Shown: positions 9,701 to 19,382 of the stretch, piece after piece | Position numbering within the stretch: position 1 is the stretch's first letter | Layout: each line of letters starts with the position of its first letter | DNA from: a virus | Length of the DNA: 64,000 bases | Virus record (IMG/VR): IMGVR_UViG_3300020020_000002 | Location: 1 to 64,000 of that record | Reading direction: 5' to 3' (one strand) | Position numbers and translations under genes: made by a program | Notes under the pieces: generated by a model | What the model saw: only the letters and a program-made list of their open reading frames with translations | Database searches by the model: none | What the model was told of the DNA's origin: nothing

Positions 9701-12700
9701 CGCCCATCTCTTCGAGTGCACCGTAGCCCTTGGCCACTCGCGCCCGCATGCCGCCCGCACCAAAGCCTTCACCTTCGCCACCGCGCAACTTTTCCGCCTT
9801 CATCACCGCCATGACGTTGTCGAGCGTGTGCTCGATGTCGGGCTTGCCTTCGACCTTGATGACATCCTTCGGTTTCGCGCCAGCTTCGTCCACCTTTTGC
9901 TGGATCCACTCGGCGACCTTTTCACGTTGGCCGGTCAGTTTTCCGATGAGTTGCATACGCAGCTCGTGCTCCTCCAGCTTCGTCGACGGGGCCTCCAAGA
10001 GCCCGTGCTCGCGCAGGTAGGCGTATTCACCTAGGTGGTTCCAGCTCGCTTCATCGAAGCCTCTGCGATTGATCGAATCGACGATCGATTGCGGCGTCCA
10101 TTCCTTGGGGCCATACGGGTTCTTCTGCGTGATCGGCCGGATCTCTTGCGCGTATTTCTCAAAGGCGTTGGCCACCTTGCTTGCGTTCTCGCCTTCATAC
10201 GTGGCCATCGTGTGCGGATAGCGCGGGCTGTAAATGTCGGCGTCAAACCACTTCATCGCCGGGTTTTTCTGCGGGTCGACCAAGTCCTTCCCGCCGATCA
10301 GCGTGATCTCGCCAAAGCCGCCGAACTTGCTGCGATCGAGCCGCACGCCTGCGACACTAGGCATCGCCAGCCCGCCCATCTTGAATGCGTGACGCAGGGC
10401 ATCCTCGCTTAGGTTGTGCACGGCCCCCATGTTCCGGCGCGCGTCGGCCTCTTCGAGATTCCACTGGTCGGCCACTTTTTGTGCGTCGGCCGCGGTTTCG
10501 CCTTGATAGACAGGTTCTGTCTCGCCCTCGACCTCGACGAAGTGCTTGTCGCCTTTCTTGACCACCTTCGCGATCTCGACCTCGGGTTCCAGTGCACCCT
10601 TCTTGGCTTCGCCATCGCCGCCGCCGGGCATGTAGCTGAAATCGGGCAGCACCTTGCTCGACACGTCGGAATAGGCGACGTCGCCGCGGGCATCGCTTTC
10701 GCTCTCCCTGAATTCGGTGGGGAAGAGTTTATTTCGCACCTTGAACGCTTCTTTCGATGTGACCCACGAGGTTAGTGTGTCCTTGCCTAGGCGCTGCATC
10801 TCCTTGGCCATCTCGCGATACAGCGCCTCGCCGTAGCCCTTGCCGCGGGCGAAGGCCTCGACGTGCGAGCTGTTGACTTGGACGGTCCCGTCCGGCCGGT
10901 GCGTGTAGGCGATGTAGCCGACATCCTTCCCGCTGTCGTCTTGGATCTTGATCTCACCCCAGCCGCGCTTGGTGTCTTCCCGGGTGCTGGTCGTGTAGGG
11001 TGGCAGCTTGGCTTTGCGCTCATCGAGGGCCCGTTGCGATGGACCGCCGAACTCCTCGCCTGCCAACGTGCCTTTCGGCCGCTCTGCGATCGCTTCACCG
11101 CCGCCGGGCATGAAGCCAGCAGCGACGTTGCCCCAGTTGATGCCCTCGGGCGAGAACTCACCGGCCGGTGCTTCGAGGCCGACCTTGCGCACGATCGCAG
11201 GCTCGCCGCTCGGTGCGGTGCGCACGTCCTCGATCATGTCGGGGCTCAGATTCTCCCACACGCTTTCGAGAATGTCGCCCGTGCCAACGCGCGTCTCACC
11301 CGCCTTGTTCGTGTAGGTGAACTTGCCGCCTTTGTTGAGCATTGCGCGGAACGGATTGACGTCACCCGTTTGGTCGTCGACCGCCCACTGGTTTTCCTTG
11401 GCCACGCGTTGCGCGTCCTCGGCCTTGAGTTGCGTTTGCGGCTGCAGCGCGGGACGCTTGCGCACCTTGACGCCCGTCGCCCGGGCTGCTTCGTCGGCTG
11501 CGAGCTTGCGGGCGTGCTCGGCTGGCTTGCCGCTGATGTCGTAGTTCAGCGCCGCGTTGAGAATATCGAAGCGGCCGCGCTCGATCGGTATCGGCACGCC
11601 GGTTTGCGTCATGCCCTCCACCGGCCCGCTGCCGTCACCCTTGTAGCCGTTCTTGTGGTTCTCGACGTAGGCCTTGATGTCCTCGCGGATCGCCGGGTCG
11701 TTGATGTCGGCGTAGATCTTGGCCTTGGCTTGCTGCTCCGGTGTCAGGTGCGTCTTCGCTGCGCCGAGAAGTTTCGAGAGGTTGGCGACCAGCTTGTCGA
11801 GGCTGATGCCCCGCTGCAGCACCTTGCCGTTTTTCGTCACCTCGACGCCCGTGAAAACGATGCCCTTGTTTTCCTGCATGAGCTGGCGCGACTTTTTGCC
11901 TTTATCCAGCTCGTAGTCGCGCTTGCGTTCCTTGCCGGTGATGTCGTCGGGATCCACCGCCTTCTCCGCGCTCCAGTAGTCGACGTAGCGGATGTCGCCG
12001 CCCGAGTCGGCTGCTTGGATCTTCGCGATGTCGCCCTCGCCCATGCCGAGCTGCCGCACGAGCGCCCGGTGCTCGGGTTTGTTGAAGTCGAGGCGGCCGC
12101 TGTAGGCCACCCGGCCGGTGAGCGGATCTGTGCGACGCTGGAAAAGCCGTGGATCGCCCTCGGCGGCCTGATTGGCGAGATCGAGCGCCGCCTGATTGCC
12201 ATCGGGCGCGGCCTTGATGAGCGAATCGGCCGCATCGTCGTCGACCGTGCGTGCTGGCAGGATCCCGGTGGGTCTTCCGACGCCTTCCGATGGTGCTTCG
12301 GCCGGTGCAGGCGAAATTTGGGCCTCTTCGGCCGGTTTTGGCGCTGGGGGTGCCTCGCTGGAAGGGGTCACAGGCTCGCTAGGGCTCGATTCTGACGCTT
12401 TTGGCGCATTTTCCGGTGCTAGAGCGCCCTGACGGGGCTGGGAGGCCATTTCTGGCACCCCACCGGCCAGTGCTCCGCGCCCAAACGGCCCCACGCCGGT
12501 CGGTGTGGGCATTGGAGGCACAGGAACGCGTGCCGGGGCCGCTGGTGGCGCGGCTGGAGGCACCACAGGCGGCGCACCGGGGGCAGGCGGCCCGCCGGTT
12601 GGCGTCGGCGCTGGGGTTGGTCCCGCTGGCGGTGGCGTCGACGGGTCGACATTGAGCGCGGTGCGCGCCGCGGGTGACACGATCTGGCGCAGCGCATCGA

Positions 12701-15104
12701 GGTAGATGCCGGTGACCTCGGCGTTTTCCTTGTGGTTGAAATACGATCGTCCTCCGACCTCCCGCGGATCGATGCCAATCTTGCCGCCGAAAAACTCACC
12801 GATGCCGCGCTGGATCTTGTCGCGGATCCCTTCGGGAATGACGAGATCGGCCGTGCCCTTGGTCGAGAAAATGCGGCCCGCGGTTTCGGCGACGAACTCG
12901 TCGATCGCCTGCGCGTCGGTGAGCGGCCGCGCGCCGCTCTTTGTGAGTTCCTTGTTGTAGCCGTCGATGAACTGCTGGAATTCAGGCGTCGGCTTGCCGC
13001 TTTTGTCGGTGAGCTGCGCCTTGATCTTGCCCATTACGCCGTCGTAGAGCGGGCCTCCCTTGCCGCTGAACGCGCGCAGGATGTTTTGCGCGACGTGGCC
13101 ACCCATCTCGTGGCCTGCGACGTGGCCGAAGACACCTTTGCCCTCGGGCCCCATCATGCTCGGGTGCTCCGCGTTCACGTAGGCCTTGCCGTTATGCATC
13201 GCGAGGCCGCGATCGTTGCCTGCGGGCAGGCCGCGCTCGGCTTTGAAGGCGGCGTAATCGGCCGCGCTCAACGGCACGATCTCGCTCACGCCTTTTTGAC
13301 CCTGCGGGCCGGTCGTTTCCATGCCGCCCAGTGCGTCCGTCAATTCGTAGACCATGTTCTTTCCCGCCTCGGGCAGCCGTTGCACATAGCGTGCGCTGGC
13401 CTGACTCCACTTGTCGCCCCGCTGCGCCATCTCGGTGAAGCGCGCTTGGCCGTTCGCACGCATCGACGGCAGGATCGCCTTGGTGAACTGCGGCTTGAGC
13501 CCGCCGGTCAAGCTGCCCATCGCGCCGAACAGCGGTGCACCCTCGGAGAGCGCCGCAAAGTTACCCCAAAAGTTTTCTTTGTCGCCCGCCGCCATCGCGA
13601 GGTTGAGCGGTGCCGCACCGACTGGCGTCGCCAGCATGTCGATCACCGTGTTGCTGGCTCGCACCTTGGCGTTGGGGATCGCAGTCTTGGCGAATTTCGT
13701 GAGGGCTGGTGCGCCTGCGGTGGCCCGGGCTGCCTTGGCCGCCGCCTCGGTGGCTGGCGCGACCCACGTGCCGTTGGTCAGGGCTTCAAATCCCTGTTGG
13801 CGCAAAACCTTCGCTGCGCCGCCGATCTTCGCCAGCGCGCCCGCGGCGAGGATGCCCGCGCCGATCTTGCCCGCATTCTTCCAGTCGCCCTCGATGATCT
13901 TTTGCGCCGCGGCATAACCACCGCCCGCGGCCGCACCGCCGAGCACCAGCCTGCCGCCTTTCGTTGCGAGCACTTCCCCGGTGCCACCCAAGGCTGTGGC
14001 GAGCGCGCCACCCACGCGGCGCATGCCGGGCAGGCCGGGCGTTTTGATGAGCATGAGGTTCGTCGGATCCATGATCGCGCCGATCGCGGCTGTCGCACCC
14101 GGGTCGACCGGTTCCGCGCCGATGCGTTTCAGGTTTTCGGGCCCAAGGATTTCACTCACCGGCACGCCTTCGTTTCTCCACTTCATGTAGTCGGCCACCG
14201 CGCCTTCATCGAGCGGGATGCCGCTCGCGAGTTTGATGTCTTTGCGCGTCGCGCCGACGGTCTGGCCGAACTTGTTTTTCAGCGCCTCGCGTTTCGCGTC
14301 TTCGGGTTCCAATTGCGCGACCATTACGTTGACCTCGGCGCTTTCCTTGGGCGTCAGCGGCTTGCCTGCGCGCGCTTTCATGAGCGCGGTCGTGAGCATC
14401 GGGCCGTAGATCTGCGCGTAGGGCACCTTCTTGCCCGCCTGCAGGATCTCGCCGCGTCCTTTCAAATAATCGGGCAGCACGCCGACCGCTGCGTCGATGC
14501 GCGCCGGATCGGCCGCGAATTTCTTTTGCGCATAGTCGAGCGGCAGTTGTTCGCCCCAATCGAGCAACCCGCGAGCGAGCCGCTCGCCGCTTTGGCCCGC
14601 CATTTGCACGCCGATCACGTTCTCGGCCGTGGTGGTCGCTGCGTTCGGGTCGCTGAGAATTGCTTGGCCCGCTTGCTTGAACAAGCGCGGCACGCTCATT
14701 GCCATGCCGCGGCCCCAGCTCCCGAATCCGCTGGCCACGTCACCAAACGTCATCTTGTGGCTGTAGTGCGGGTAGGTCTTGCCCTCGGGATCCTTGAAGC
14801 CGCGCGCCGCCCGCGCTTCGTGGACCTTGAACGCGAGATCCTGACTGGCCGGATCCTCATACTTCGCGGCGAACGTGATCTCGTCAAAATTCGGATCGTC
14901 GATCGTCTTTTGCAGGTCGTCCGGTTTTTCGCCGAGCAGATCCTCCAGACTTTGCGACGGTTTCGCCGGGGGTGGGAATTTTTCCTGCGCCGCGGCGGTG
15001 CCTTTGCCGCCTGTGGCGAGGTCGAGTTCAGCGATGTCGGTGATCGGCTCCTGTGGTAGGTCGGCCGCTAGATCATCGTCGAGCAAAGAGGAAAGTTGAG
15101 GCAT
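6798..15104 (-). CDS. giant multidomain virion/ejection (polyvalent-type) protein; 2768 codons as one open frame, 3' limit and internal continuity uncertain
   Basis: Track ORF. Gly/Ala-rich glycine-zipper-like stretch (about 13690-13980), Pro-rich linker (about 12400-12700), GNAT-type motif [15 protein letters not shown], second acetyltransferase-like module ([18 protein letters not shown]...YAPEGW), conserved C-terminal module (RWYDGAN...ALSPQKDW..N; KVRNFYNNI). Sits where T7-like phages place internal core proteins, between internal proteins and the fibre. Confidence 0.7.
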   Translation of the reverse strand: MPQLSSLLDDDLAADLPQEPITDIAELDLATGGKGTAAAQEKFPPPAKPSQSLEDLLGEKPDDLQKTIDDPNFDEITFAAKYEDPASQDLAFKVHEARAARGFKDPEGKTYPHYSHKMTFGDVASGFGSWGRGMAMSVPRLFKQAGQAILSDPNAATTTAENVIGVQMAGQSGERLARGLLDWGEQLPLDYAQKKFAADPARIDAAVGVLPDYLKGRGEILQAGKKVPYAQIYGPMLTTALMKARAGKPLTPKESAEVNVMVAQLEPEDAKREALKNKFGQTVGATRKDIKLASGIPLDEGAVADYMKWRNEGVPVSEILGPENLKRIGAEPVDPGATAAIGAIMDPTNLMLIKTPGLPGMRRVGGALATALGGTGEVLATKGGRLVLGGAAAGGGYAAAQKIIEGDWKNAGKIGAGILAAGALAKIGGAAKVLRQQGFEALTNGTWVAPATEAAAKAARATAGAPALTKFAKTAIPNAKVRASNTVIDMLATPVGAAPLNLAMAAGDKENFWGNFAALSEGAPLFGAMGSLTGGLKPQFTKAILPSMRANGQARFTEMAQRGDKWSQASARYVQRLPEAGKNMVYELTDALGGMETTGPQGQKGVSEIVPLSAADYAAFKAERGLPAGNDRGLAMHNGKAYVNAEHPSMMGPEGKGVFGHVAGHEMGGHVAQNILRAFSGKGGPLYDGVMGKIKAQLTDKSGKPTPEFQQFIDGYNKELTKSGARPLTDAQAIDEFVAETAGRIFSTKGTADLVIPEGIRDKIQRGIGEFFGGKIGIDPREVGGRSYFNHKENAEVTGIYLDALRQIVSPAARTALNVDPSTPPPAGPTPAPTPTGGPPAPGAPPVVPPAAPPAAPARVPVPPMPTPTGVGPFGRGALAGGVPEMASQPRQGALAPENAPKASESSPSEPVTPSSEAPPAPKPAEEAQISPAPAEAPSEGVGRPTGILPARTVDDDAADSLIKAAPDGNQAALDLANQAAEGDPRLFQRRTDPLTGRVAYSGRLDFNKPEHRALVRQLGMGEGDIAKIQAADSGGDIRYVDYWSAEKAVDPDDITGKERKRDYELDKGKKSRQLMQENKGIVFTGVEVTKNGKVLQRGISLDKLVANLSKLLGAAKTHLTPEQQAKAKIYADINDPAIREDIKAYVENHKNGYKGDGSGPVEGMTQTGVPIPIERGRFDILNAALNYDISGKPAEHARKLAADEAARATGVKVRKRPALQPQTQLKAEDAQRVAKENQWAVDDQTGDVNPFRAMLNKGGKFTYTNKAGETRVGTGDILESVWENLSPDMIEDVRTAPSGEPAIVRKVGLEAPAGEFSPEGINWGNVAAGFMPGGGEAIAERPKGTLAGEEFGGPSQRALDERKAKLPPYTTSTREDTKRGWGEIKIQDDSGKDVGYIAYTHRPDGTVQVNSSHVEAFARGKGYGEALYREMAKEMQRLGKDTLTSWVTSKEAFKVRNKLFPTEFRESESDARGDVAYSDVSSKVLPDFSYMPGGGDGEAKKGALEPEVEIAKVVKKGDKHFVEVEGETEPVYQGETAADAQKVADQWNLEEADARRNMGAVHNLSEDALRHAFKMGGLAMPSVAGVRLDRSKFGGFGEITLIGGKDLVDPQKNPAMKWFDADIYSPRYPHTMATYEGENASKVANAFEKYAQEIRPITQKNPYGPKEWTPQSIVDSINRRGFDEASWNHLGEYAYLREHGLLEAPSTKLEEHELRMQLIGKLTGQREKVAEWIQQKVDEAGAKPKDVIKVEGKPDIEHTLDNVMAVMKAEKLRGGEGEGFGAGGMRARVAKGYGALEEMGADRERVIPREEMTNVTKKAAREFARLREDLESIREDQEMDPETTERDVIDFIEGDEKHLRNVYGDNYENMAAMTQEFLDKIRKLPTEYFEGKVSDIVPLEGKKFAAAVVPDSIDPALRSMLEKQGIKTVSYTRGDAEMRRAAIERMTRQQEVNFMPGGGEGEPISNREDAHRRWSEGEEIYAFHEQDETSHKITSLQELDSYAPDQLMALPAKKGALAQAVDTGATVPAETIRPNEQATKTSQETQPRGDQGQDVGQRAGTGYRTHAGGAETGDRFHRAITEAVAGHPLGAAVEIKDVSEYQKEGYKLILADDDTAGVAVTPDGDLVSVFKKPGSKAKILDHLKEAVEQGAETLDAYDINGFLPNLYQNIGFRPTGRIKFNREYAPEGWPYDKAGEPDIVFMTRDPNRPVDPNYDYNAEREQVPLHESYDDAVAARDAIRATAPEAQLMPGGGEAKISEPSPVDDPLRVGTAKLGTSAKPAPTPQDSNIHGGIVPPELLARQMEAFNYPHLSQEIRGEKDPQVKRQKTIDWMVKNLLALHDAFPAEVRAAATRWYDGANKIAKDFGGRFGYTPEQAAGVLAALSPQKDWFMNVAQAEQLMNVWKNHQDTKITPELVGAELEDMISGAVAKPGELRKAKPGETKVGALRRRSHNEQLHEKARDKRRALLEQMLGKSVAELDADPHLQAWAIRALAQSLHGRDYRVVSPDGDPMHLAAKDDGTPQRNGWGSMEEIKKGVRMLKNGDLTSISDNLSNEHKVRNFYNNIIAPNTPFGDATMDTHAVAAAHILPLGSSALEVTHNFGSKGMPGSEGLGISGSYHLYLDAYKKAAEERGLLPRQMQSITWEAIRGLYSPKMRRDKAAVAKARGTWQALPDAKARQQLIGRGIATPAWARASHGGEPKGVAKGDGRARRGDDVGGNLRYGDRPNPGSGQGRGRLAPSAKGKEPALRGLKLSEGKGKPKKGALAR
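6890..7081 (-). CDS. small acidic protein (63 aa) overlapping the 3' end of the giant ORF in another frame
   Basis: C-terminal part of track ORF 6890..7825 from ATG 7079-7081 ([63 protein letters not shown]); natural composition and better G/C third positions than the overlapping giant-ORF frame. Confidence 0.5.
   Translation of the reverse strand: MPKLDNNLSEEESLLQRGLEPAMVENLKASQKAMAERGEVMTLEEIYVMETGLIPGQDRDEED
8807..8998 (-). CDS. alternative-frame ORF inside the giant gene (63 aa; [38 protein letters not shown]...)
   Basis: Track ORF 8807..9040 from ATG 8996-8998. Over its first 40 codons I count 31/40 G/C third positions versus 13/40 for the giant-ORF frame over the same DNA. Confidence 0.35.
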   Translation of the reverse strand: MSKPQKPAKKHSPEEIKAKMSDNALALGIELTQEELKQVTASTARSQKLSQVTRSVPPSKSKT

Positions 15105-15108
15105 AGGA

Positions 15109-17193
15109 TCATCGTGCTGGCGTTTTGGGTGTCAGTCGCTCGATTTGCGCACGGATCCGCGCTGCCTCCTCGGGCGTGATCGCTCGACCTTCGTGCATGC
15201 CGGTTGTCAAGATTTCCGTGAGTGCAGTGAGCCGTTGATCGGGGGCCATCGCTGCTGGCTTGGTCGCTGCAGTCTCAGGGACGCCGCCGCTCGTAGCGTT
15301 CTTTTGCATCTCCTCATACCACTTGATCGCCTTGGCTGGGACGCCCACGCGCTGCGGTGTGGTTTTGACTTCCTTCGCGGCCTCGATCGTATCACCGATG
15401 TTCTCCATGTAGTCGCGCTTGGCTGCCTCGTGCACGAGCGTCACCGTGTCGTAGATATCTTTCATCTGCTGCGGCGTCGCCTGCTCGCCGGATTGCGCTT
15501 TTTCCCACGCGAGCTGGATCTGATCGCCGAGGCCGAGGGTGTCGGCCGCTGCCTTGTATTCTCCGCTCAACACTGCGCTGTTGCGATCGTTGAGCTTGTT
15601 CATCTGGAAAACAAACGTGCGCTGCTGCTGCTTGTTTTTGATGTTCTCAAAGCTGTTGCCGTTTTTCGCGAGCATCTCATCGAGCGTTTTCTTGATGTCG
15701 TCGATGCCCTGCATTTGGCCGGATCCGAACAGCGCGACCGTGCTCGGTTGCTTGTAGTAGCCTTCGCGGATGCTGTGGATCGCCGAGATCTTTTCTGCGG
15801 GCTTGAGCGGCACGCTGGTTTCCAAGATCGACGACATCTCCTCCTCGGTCATGCCCTCGGGATTCTTGCCGCGGGCGATCACCGCTTTCTTCAGCGCGAG
15901 GTGCGCAGGCGAATCTTTCCGCGCTGCTTTTTCCATGATCGCCTTGCGCTGATCCTCGCTCATCGACGCGACCTCTCGCGCCGTGTGGCCCTGCTTCATG
16001 ATCGTCTCGTCTTCGAGCTTGCGCAGATCGGCCGAGGTATCTTTGACCGCGGTGACTTTTTTGTCGCCCGGCCGCAGCACTCCGGTCGTCAGGCCGTTGG
16101 TGCGCTCGACGATCGGTTCCATCCGTTTCGGCACCCGGCGCGCGTCCGCACCATCCGAGGCGTAGAAGTAGCCGTTGTCACCAAAGACCGATGGCGGCTT
16201 GACCGTGGGCGGGAGCGCGGCCGGTGCCCTTACCGGTGCAGGTGCGACCTGCGCGGCTGGGCGGGCCGCTGGTGTGGGTGCGACCGCGTTGGCGGGCACG
16301 GGTGGCAGTTCCTCGATGTCGCCTTGGCCCTGCTCTTCGACCGCAGGCGGTGTGACCTGCGCGAGCTGGGCGGCCTCTGCCACTTTCACGTAGGGGCTGG
16401 GATCGATCCGCTGCGCGAGCGGTTGCACGGGCCCGGTGAACTCTTCCGACCCGGGCTTGAGCGCGGCGAGTGTGCCGTTGGCGGCTGCCTCTTGGCCGAT
16501 CTGTGCGAGCGCCTGCTGGCCCTGCGGCGTCTGCGCTGCGGCGAGCGCGGGCTGGGCTGCGGCCGCTTCGGCCGTCGGCGCACCTTTCGGCACTGCAGGC
16601 TCGGGCGGCGGGTTGTAAAAAAGCGCGCTGTCTTGGTCGGTCGCGCTGGCCGGGGCGGCGGATGGTATTTCCGCGCCGATCTCGGGCGAGCTGGTGAGAT
16701 CCGTCGCGGCCGCGGGGAGTTCAGTGGCATCGGTGCCGCCTAGACCTCCGAGCACGTCGATCGGGTAGACCGGCTGCGAGCCACGCATCGCCTTGGCCGC
16801 CTGTGCGCGCCGATATTGAGCGTTGGTGATCGCCTCGTCGTATTTGAGCTGCCGCAGGAGCGGATCCACCGGCTTGTAGCTGATCGTGTCGTCAGCTCCG
16901 AAGGTGAAATCTTCCAGTGCCTTTCCGCCCTCACCAAGTTTGCCCATCTTGTATTCGTGGGCGGCTCGGGCCTGTGTCCGCGTGCGACCGGCCTGCTCGG
17001 CCTTGCTCAACAGCTCGGGTAATTTCGCGATCGTTTCGGCGGCCATGTTCATCGTGGCCGCGCTGCCTGCCAAGGTGGCTGCGCCACGCAGGTCCGGCAC
17101 GATCTCAGTGGGTGTGAACGTGCCCGTTTTCGGCGCGACGTAACGCACGCCGGGCAGGCTGTAAGGTTTGAGGCCGGATCCGAGTTCAGGCAT
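15109..17193 (-). CDS. internal virion protein candidate (694 aa, Ala/Pro/Gln-rich centre)
   Basis: Track ORF; position between a TM-anchored protein and the giant protein; low-complexity middle, helical charged C-terminal half. Confidence 0.45.
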   Translation of the reverse strand: MPELGSGLKPYSLPGVRYVAPKTGTFTPTEIVPDLRGAATLAGSAATMNMAAETIAKLPELLSKAEQAGRTRTQARAAHEYKMGKLGEGGKALEDFTFGADDTISYKPVDPLLRQLKYDEAITNAQYRRAQAAKAMRGSQPVYPIDVLGGLGGTDATELPAAATDLTSSPEIGAEIPSAAPASATDQDSALFYNPPPEPAVPKGAPTAEAAAAQPALAAAQTPQGQQALAQIGQEAAANGTLAALKPGSEEFTGPVQPLAQRIDPSPYVKVAEAAQLAQVTPPAVEEQGQGDIEELPPVPANAVAPTPAARPAAQVAPAPVRAPAALPPTVKPPSVFGDNGYFYASDGADARRVPKRMEPIVERTNGLTTGVLRPGDKKVTAVKDTSADLRKLEDETIMKQGHTAREVASMSEDQRKAIMEKAARKDSPAHLALKKAVIARGKNPEGMTEEEMSSILETSVPLKPAEKISAIHSIREGYYKQPSTVALFGSGQMQGIDDIKKTLDEMLAKNGNSFENIKNKQQQRTFVFQMNKLNDRNSAVLSGEYKAAADTLGLGDQIQLAWEKAQSGEQATPQQMKDIYDTVTLVHEAAKRDYMENIGDTIEAAKEVKTTPQRVGVPAKAIKWYEEMQKNATSGGVPETAATKPAAMAPDQRLTALTEILTTGMHEGRAITPEEAARIRAQIERLTPKTPAR

Positions 17194-18172
17194 AGTATTT
17201 TCCTACGGGTTGCCAAGTTGTTCCGCCGGGGTAAAGCGCCCGCGAGGGTCGGACAGCTCCGCTCACGCTGGTCGCGGCCGGTTGCCTTGTGGCACTCGTC
17301 GCGCCTGCGCCGTATTTCGAGCCATAGGCACCCGCACCCGCTTGCAGGGCGGTCGTAGCTGCGGAGGCGATCGCCGCGTTGCGTGCCGCATCTGCCTCGG
17401 CTTGCGCTTTCGCCATCGCGTTTTGCGAGGTCATCGCCGCGTTGGACTGCTCCATCGCCTGACCGACGCGTGCTTTCTCCGCTTCAAACTCGCGTTCGTA
17501 GTTCGCGGCGGCCCACGCATTTTTGTTCTCCACGTCGGCGATCGAGCTTTGCACGTAGTCCTGACCGGTCATGCCGAAGGTGCGGCGTGGGAAGATCTCC
17601 TCGGCCATCGAGAGTGACTTTTGCCGGTTGGTCCGGTTGCGGTCCTGAAAGCCCATGATGTCGAGCCCAAGGTGCCGGGCGACGTTGGCCTCGCCCGCGC
17701 TGCCCGGGGCCAGCACGCTGCCTGCGCCGGTCGTGCCGAGGCTGCCGAGCGTGTCGGCGATCCCGGCGCGCATGAACTCGCTCTGCAGTTGCGGCATCAG
17801 CTCGTGCTCGCCTGCCCAGTCCTTCGCGACTTCGGCCTCGAAGGCTTTCTCTGCGCCGACGATCGGCTTGTGCCGCTTGCGGAAGTCGGCATCGCTGCGC
17901 GCGTAGGCGTTGGCGTCTTCCTCGATCGCGCGTGCTTGGTTCGACTTGAAATTCCACGGCTGATAACCCGGCAGCTCCGGTGGCGTGAAGAGCGGTTGCC
18001 CCGCGATCGCCGCTTGGCTTTGCGCATTCGTCGCAGCCGCCTGTTTCTTGGCGTCCTTGGCCTGTTTGTTCGCCATGACTGCGCCACCGACGGCCGTGAC
18101 CACCGTGACGCCTGCCATGACCCATGTGAACCACCCACCGATCGTGAAAAAGCGTTTCCAGAAAATGCTCAT
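17186..18172 (-). CDS. internal virion/ejection protein candidate with N-terminal TM helix (328 aa)
   Basis: Track ORF MSIFWKRFFTIGGWFTWVMAGVTVVTAVGGAVMA...; hydrophobic N-terminus, Ala/Gln-rich tail; overlaps neighbours by 4-8 nt. Confidence 0.45.
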   Translation of the reverse strand: MSIFWKRFFTIGGWFTWVMAGVTVVTAVGGAVMANKQAKDAKKQAAATNAQSQAAIAGQPLFTPPELPGYQPWNFKSNQARAIEEDANAYARSDADFRKRHKPIVGAEKAFEAEVAKDWAGEHELMPQLQSEFMRAGIADTLGSLGTTGAGSVLAPGSAGEANVARHLGLDIMGFQDRNRTNRQKSLSMAEEIFPRRTFGMTGQDYVQSSIADVENKNAWAAANYEREFEAEKARVGQAMEQSNAAMTSQNAMAKAQAEADAARNAAIASAATTALQAGAGAYGSKYGAGATSATRQPAATSVSGAVRPSRALYPGGTTWQPVGKYYA

Positions 18173-18705
18173 GCGAGTGCTGGTTTGAGTTGAGTTTTGG
18201 AGGCGAGCAGAACCGCCTCGGTGGTGTTGCGATCGATCAGGCGATCTTCGAGGGTCGCCGTGTCACGACAGTCGTCAGGGTTGGCGTGGATGGTCTGCCA
18301 ACGGCAGGTTTGAAGGACGACGAACATCTTGAGCACGCCCGCACCACTGACGAAGACCTGCGGCGCGTGCAGGGTGGCCGGTTTGCCATTTTCGTCGATG
18401 TAGCGAATCGAGCCGGTGAGCATGATGTTGAAATGCTCGGTTTTGTGCCGCTTGCCGAGGATGAAGGTGCCGAAGGGCATCTCGATCTCGCGCAGGTAGA
18501 CGCCCGGTGCCCAGCGTTCGATCACCGGGCACTTGGCCTGCGGCTCCTTGACGAGTTGAGCGCCCAACGCGAGGGACGCGCCAACCTCGGCGTGTTCGAG
18601 CAACAGCTTGTCGATCGATTCCCGCTGCTTGCGGGTCAATTTTCTCAACTGCGTTTTAAACGCAGTTGATTTTTGTGGTGCCGTAAGTGGTTTGTTGCTG
18701 CTCAT
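18169..18705 (-). CDS. hypothetical protein (178 aa), possible small beta-barrel fold
   Basis: Track ORF 18169..18855 trimmed to ATG 18703-18705 (MSSNKPLTAPQK...), ATGA overlap with the tail-collar gene stop; a palindrome copy lies inside codons 13-20, so a start downstream of it cannot be excluded. Confidence 0.5.
   Translation of the reverse strand: MSSNKPLTAPQKSTAFKTQLRKLTRKQRESIDKLLLEHAEVGASLALGAQLVKEPQAKCPVIERWAPGVYLREIEMPFGTFILGKRHKTEHFNIMLTGSIRYIDENGKPATLHAPQVFVSGAGVLKMFVVLQTCRWQTIHANPDDCRDTATLEDRLIDRNTTEAVLLASKTQLKPALA
18645..18669 (+). promoter_or_regulatory. 25-nt perfect palindrome, copy 2
   Basis: Read directly; TTTCTCAACTGCGTTTTAAACGCAGTTGATTTTT; lies 33 nt below the tail-collar stop, inside the 5' end of ORF 18169..18705. 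Confidence 0.9.
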
Positions 18706-19379
18706 TTGCTGCGGACGATCCAGTTGATGACGAGGTGCGGAGGCATCGCCCGGGTGTAATTTGTGCCGGTCACCCCCGTGTAGACCATGACGTCGCCGGG
18801 GTTGGTGTTGGCCGCAGGTTGGCCGACGTGCTTGCTGTTGAGCCGCCGGGGCCATTCGAGGCCGTCGAATTGGTGCAGGAGCATCTCGCGCATCAGGCCG
18901 CCGGGCACACCTGCGGTGGCGAGCGGGTTGTAGTCGCCCTGCCCTGCGCCGAAAAACGTGCGCCCAGCCATGTTCGGCACGCGGAAGTGCGTGTCGTCAC
19001 CGCTCTCGGTCGATTTGATATAGGTCTTGCCGATCAGCGCGTAGAGTTCCTTGTAGTCGGCCACCAAATGTTGCCCGCCATCGAGCAGGAGATAGTTGGC
19101 CGGAACGACCGAGCCTAGGTAGGGCAGGATCGAGCCGATCGGATGCGTGTTGATCGGCTGATAGGTCGAGGTGTCGGCGTCCCACGTGTAGAGATACGGC
19201 CCGTCGATGTAGAGGCCGACGTTGCTGGTCGGCATCGCGCCGCCGATTTGGCCGGTCATGAAGTCGCCGCTCGCTTGGAAGGTCAGCGTGCTGAAGATCT
19301 GCTGCCTAAACTCGTCCGGCGTGCCCTCCCAGCCCTCGGGGAGTGGCACGCTGATCGGGATGATATTGATGTTGCCCAT
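18702..19379 (-). CDS. tail fibre protein with phage tail-collar domain
   Basis: IGSILPYLGSVVPANYLLLDGGQHLVADYKELYALIGKTY...FRVPNMAGRTFFGAGQG matches the tail-collar pattern (G.I..f.....P.gwl.cdGq.l....y..Lf.liG..y....F.lPd.rGr). Confidence 0.7.
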   Translation of the reverse strand: MGNINIIPISVPLPEGWEGTPDEFRQQIFSTLTFQASGDFMTGQIGGAMPTSNVGLYIDGPYLYTWDADTSTYQPINTHPIGSILPYLGSVVPANYLLLDGGQHLVADYKELYALIGKTYIKSTESGDDTHFRVPNMAGRTFFGAGQGDYNPLATAGVPGGLMREMLLHQFDGLEWPRRLNSKHVGQPAANTNPGDVMVYTGVTGTNYTRAMPPHLVINWIVRSK

Positions 19380-19382
19380 AGG

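Noticed and set aside
13096-13120. Zinc metalloprotease motif in the giant protein (AGHEMGGHV)
   Set aside because: The spacing is HExxxH, not the canonical zincin HExxH, and I see no third-ligand motif. Not called as a protease.
12732-15059. Very long plus-strand ORFs (e.g. 12732..15059 at 775 aa, 10863..12395, 59250..60614, 25367..26629, 31847..33088)
   Set aside because: All lie antisense to well-supported minus-strand genes. Their translations are R/A/G/V/L/H-rich with no recognisable motifs. Stop-poor frames of this kind are expected in GC-rich DNA. No plus-strand gene could be supported anywhere in the window.
6798-15104. Virion RNA polymerase (N4-like or crAss-like) hidden in the giant protein, with the palindromes as hairpin promoters
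   Set aside because: The gene position and the hairpins made this tempting. I could find no DxDGD-type metal motif and no T7-like motif A/B/C pattern (R...K.......YG, HDS) in the translation, so the idea stays unsupported. Only profile or structure searches could revive it.
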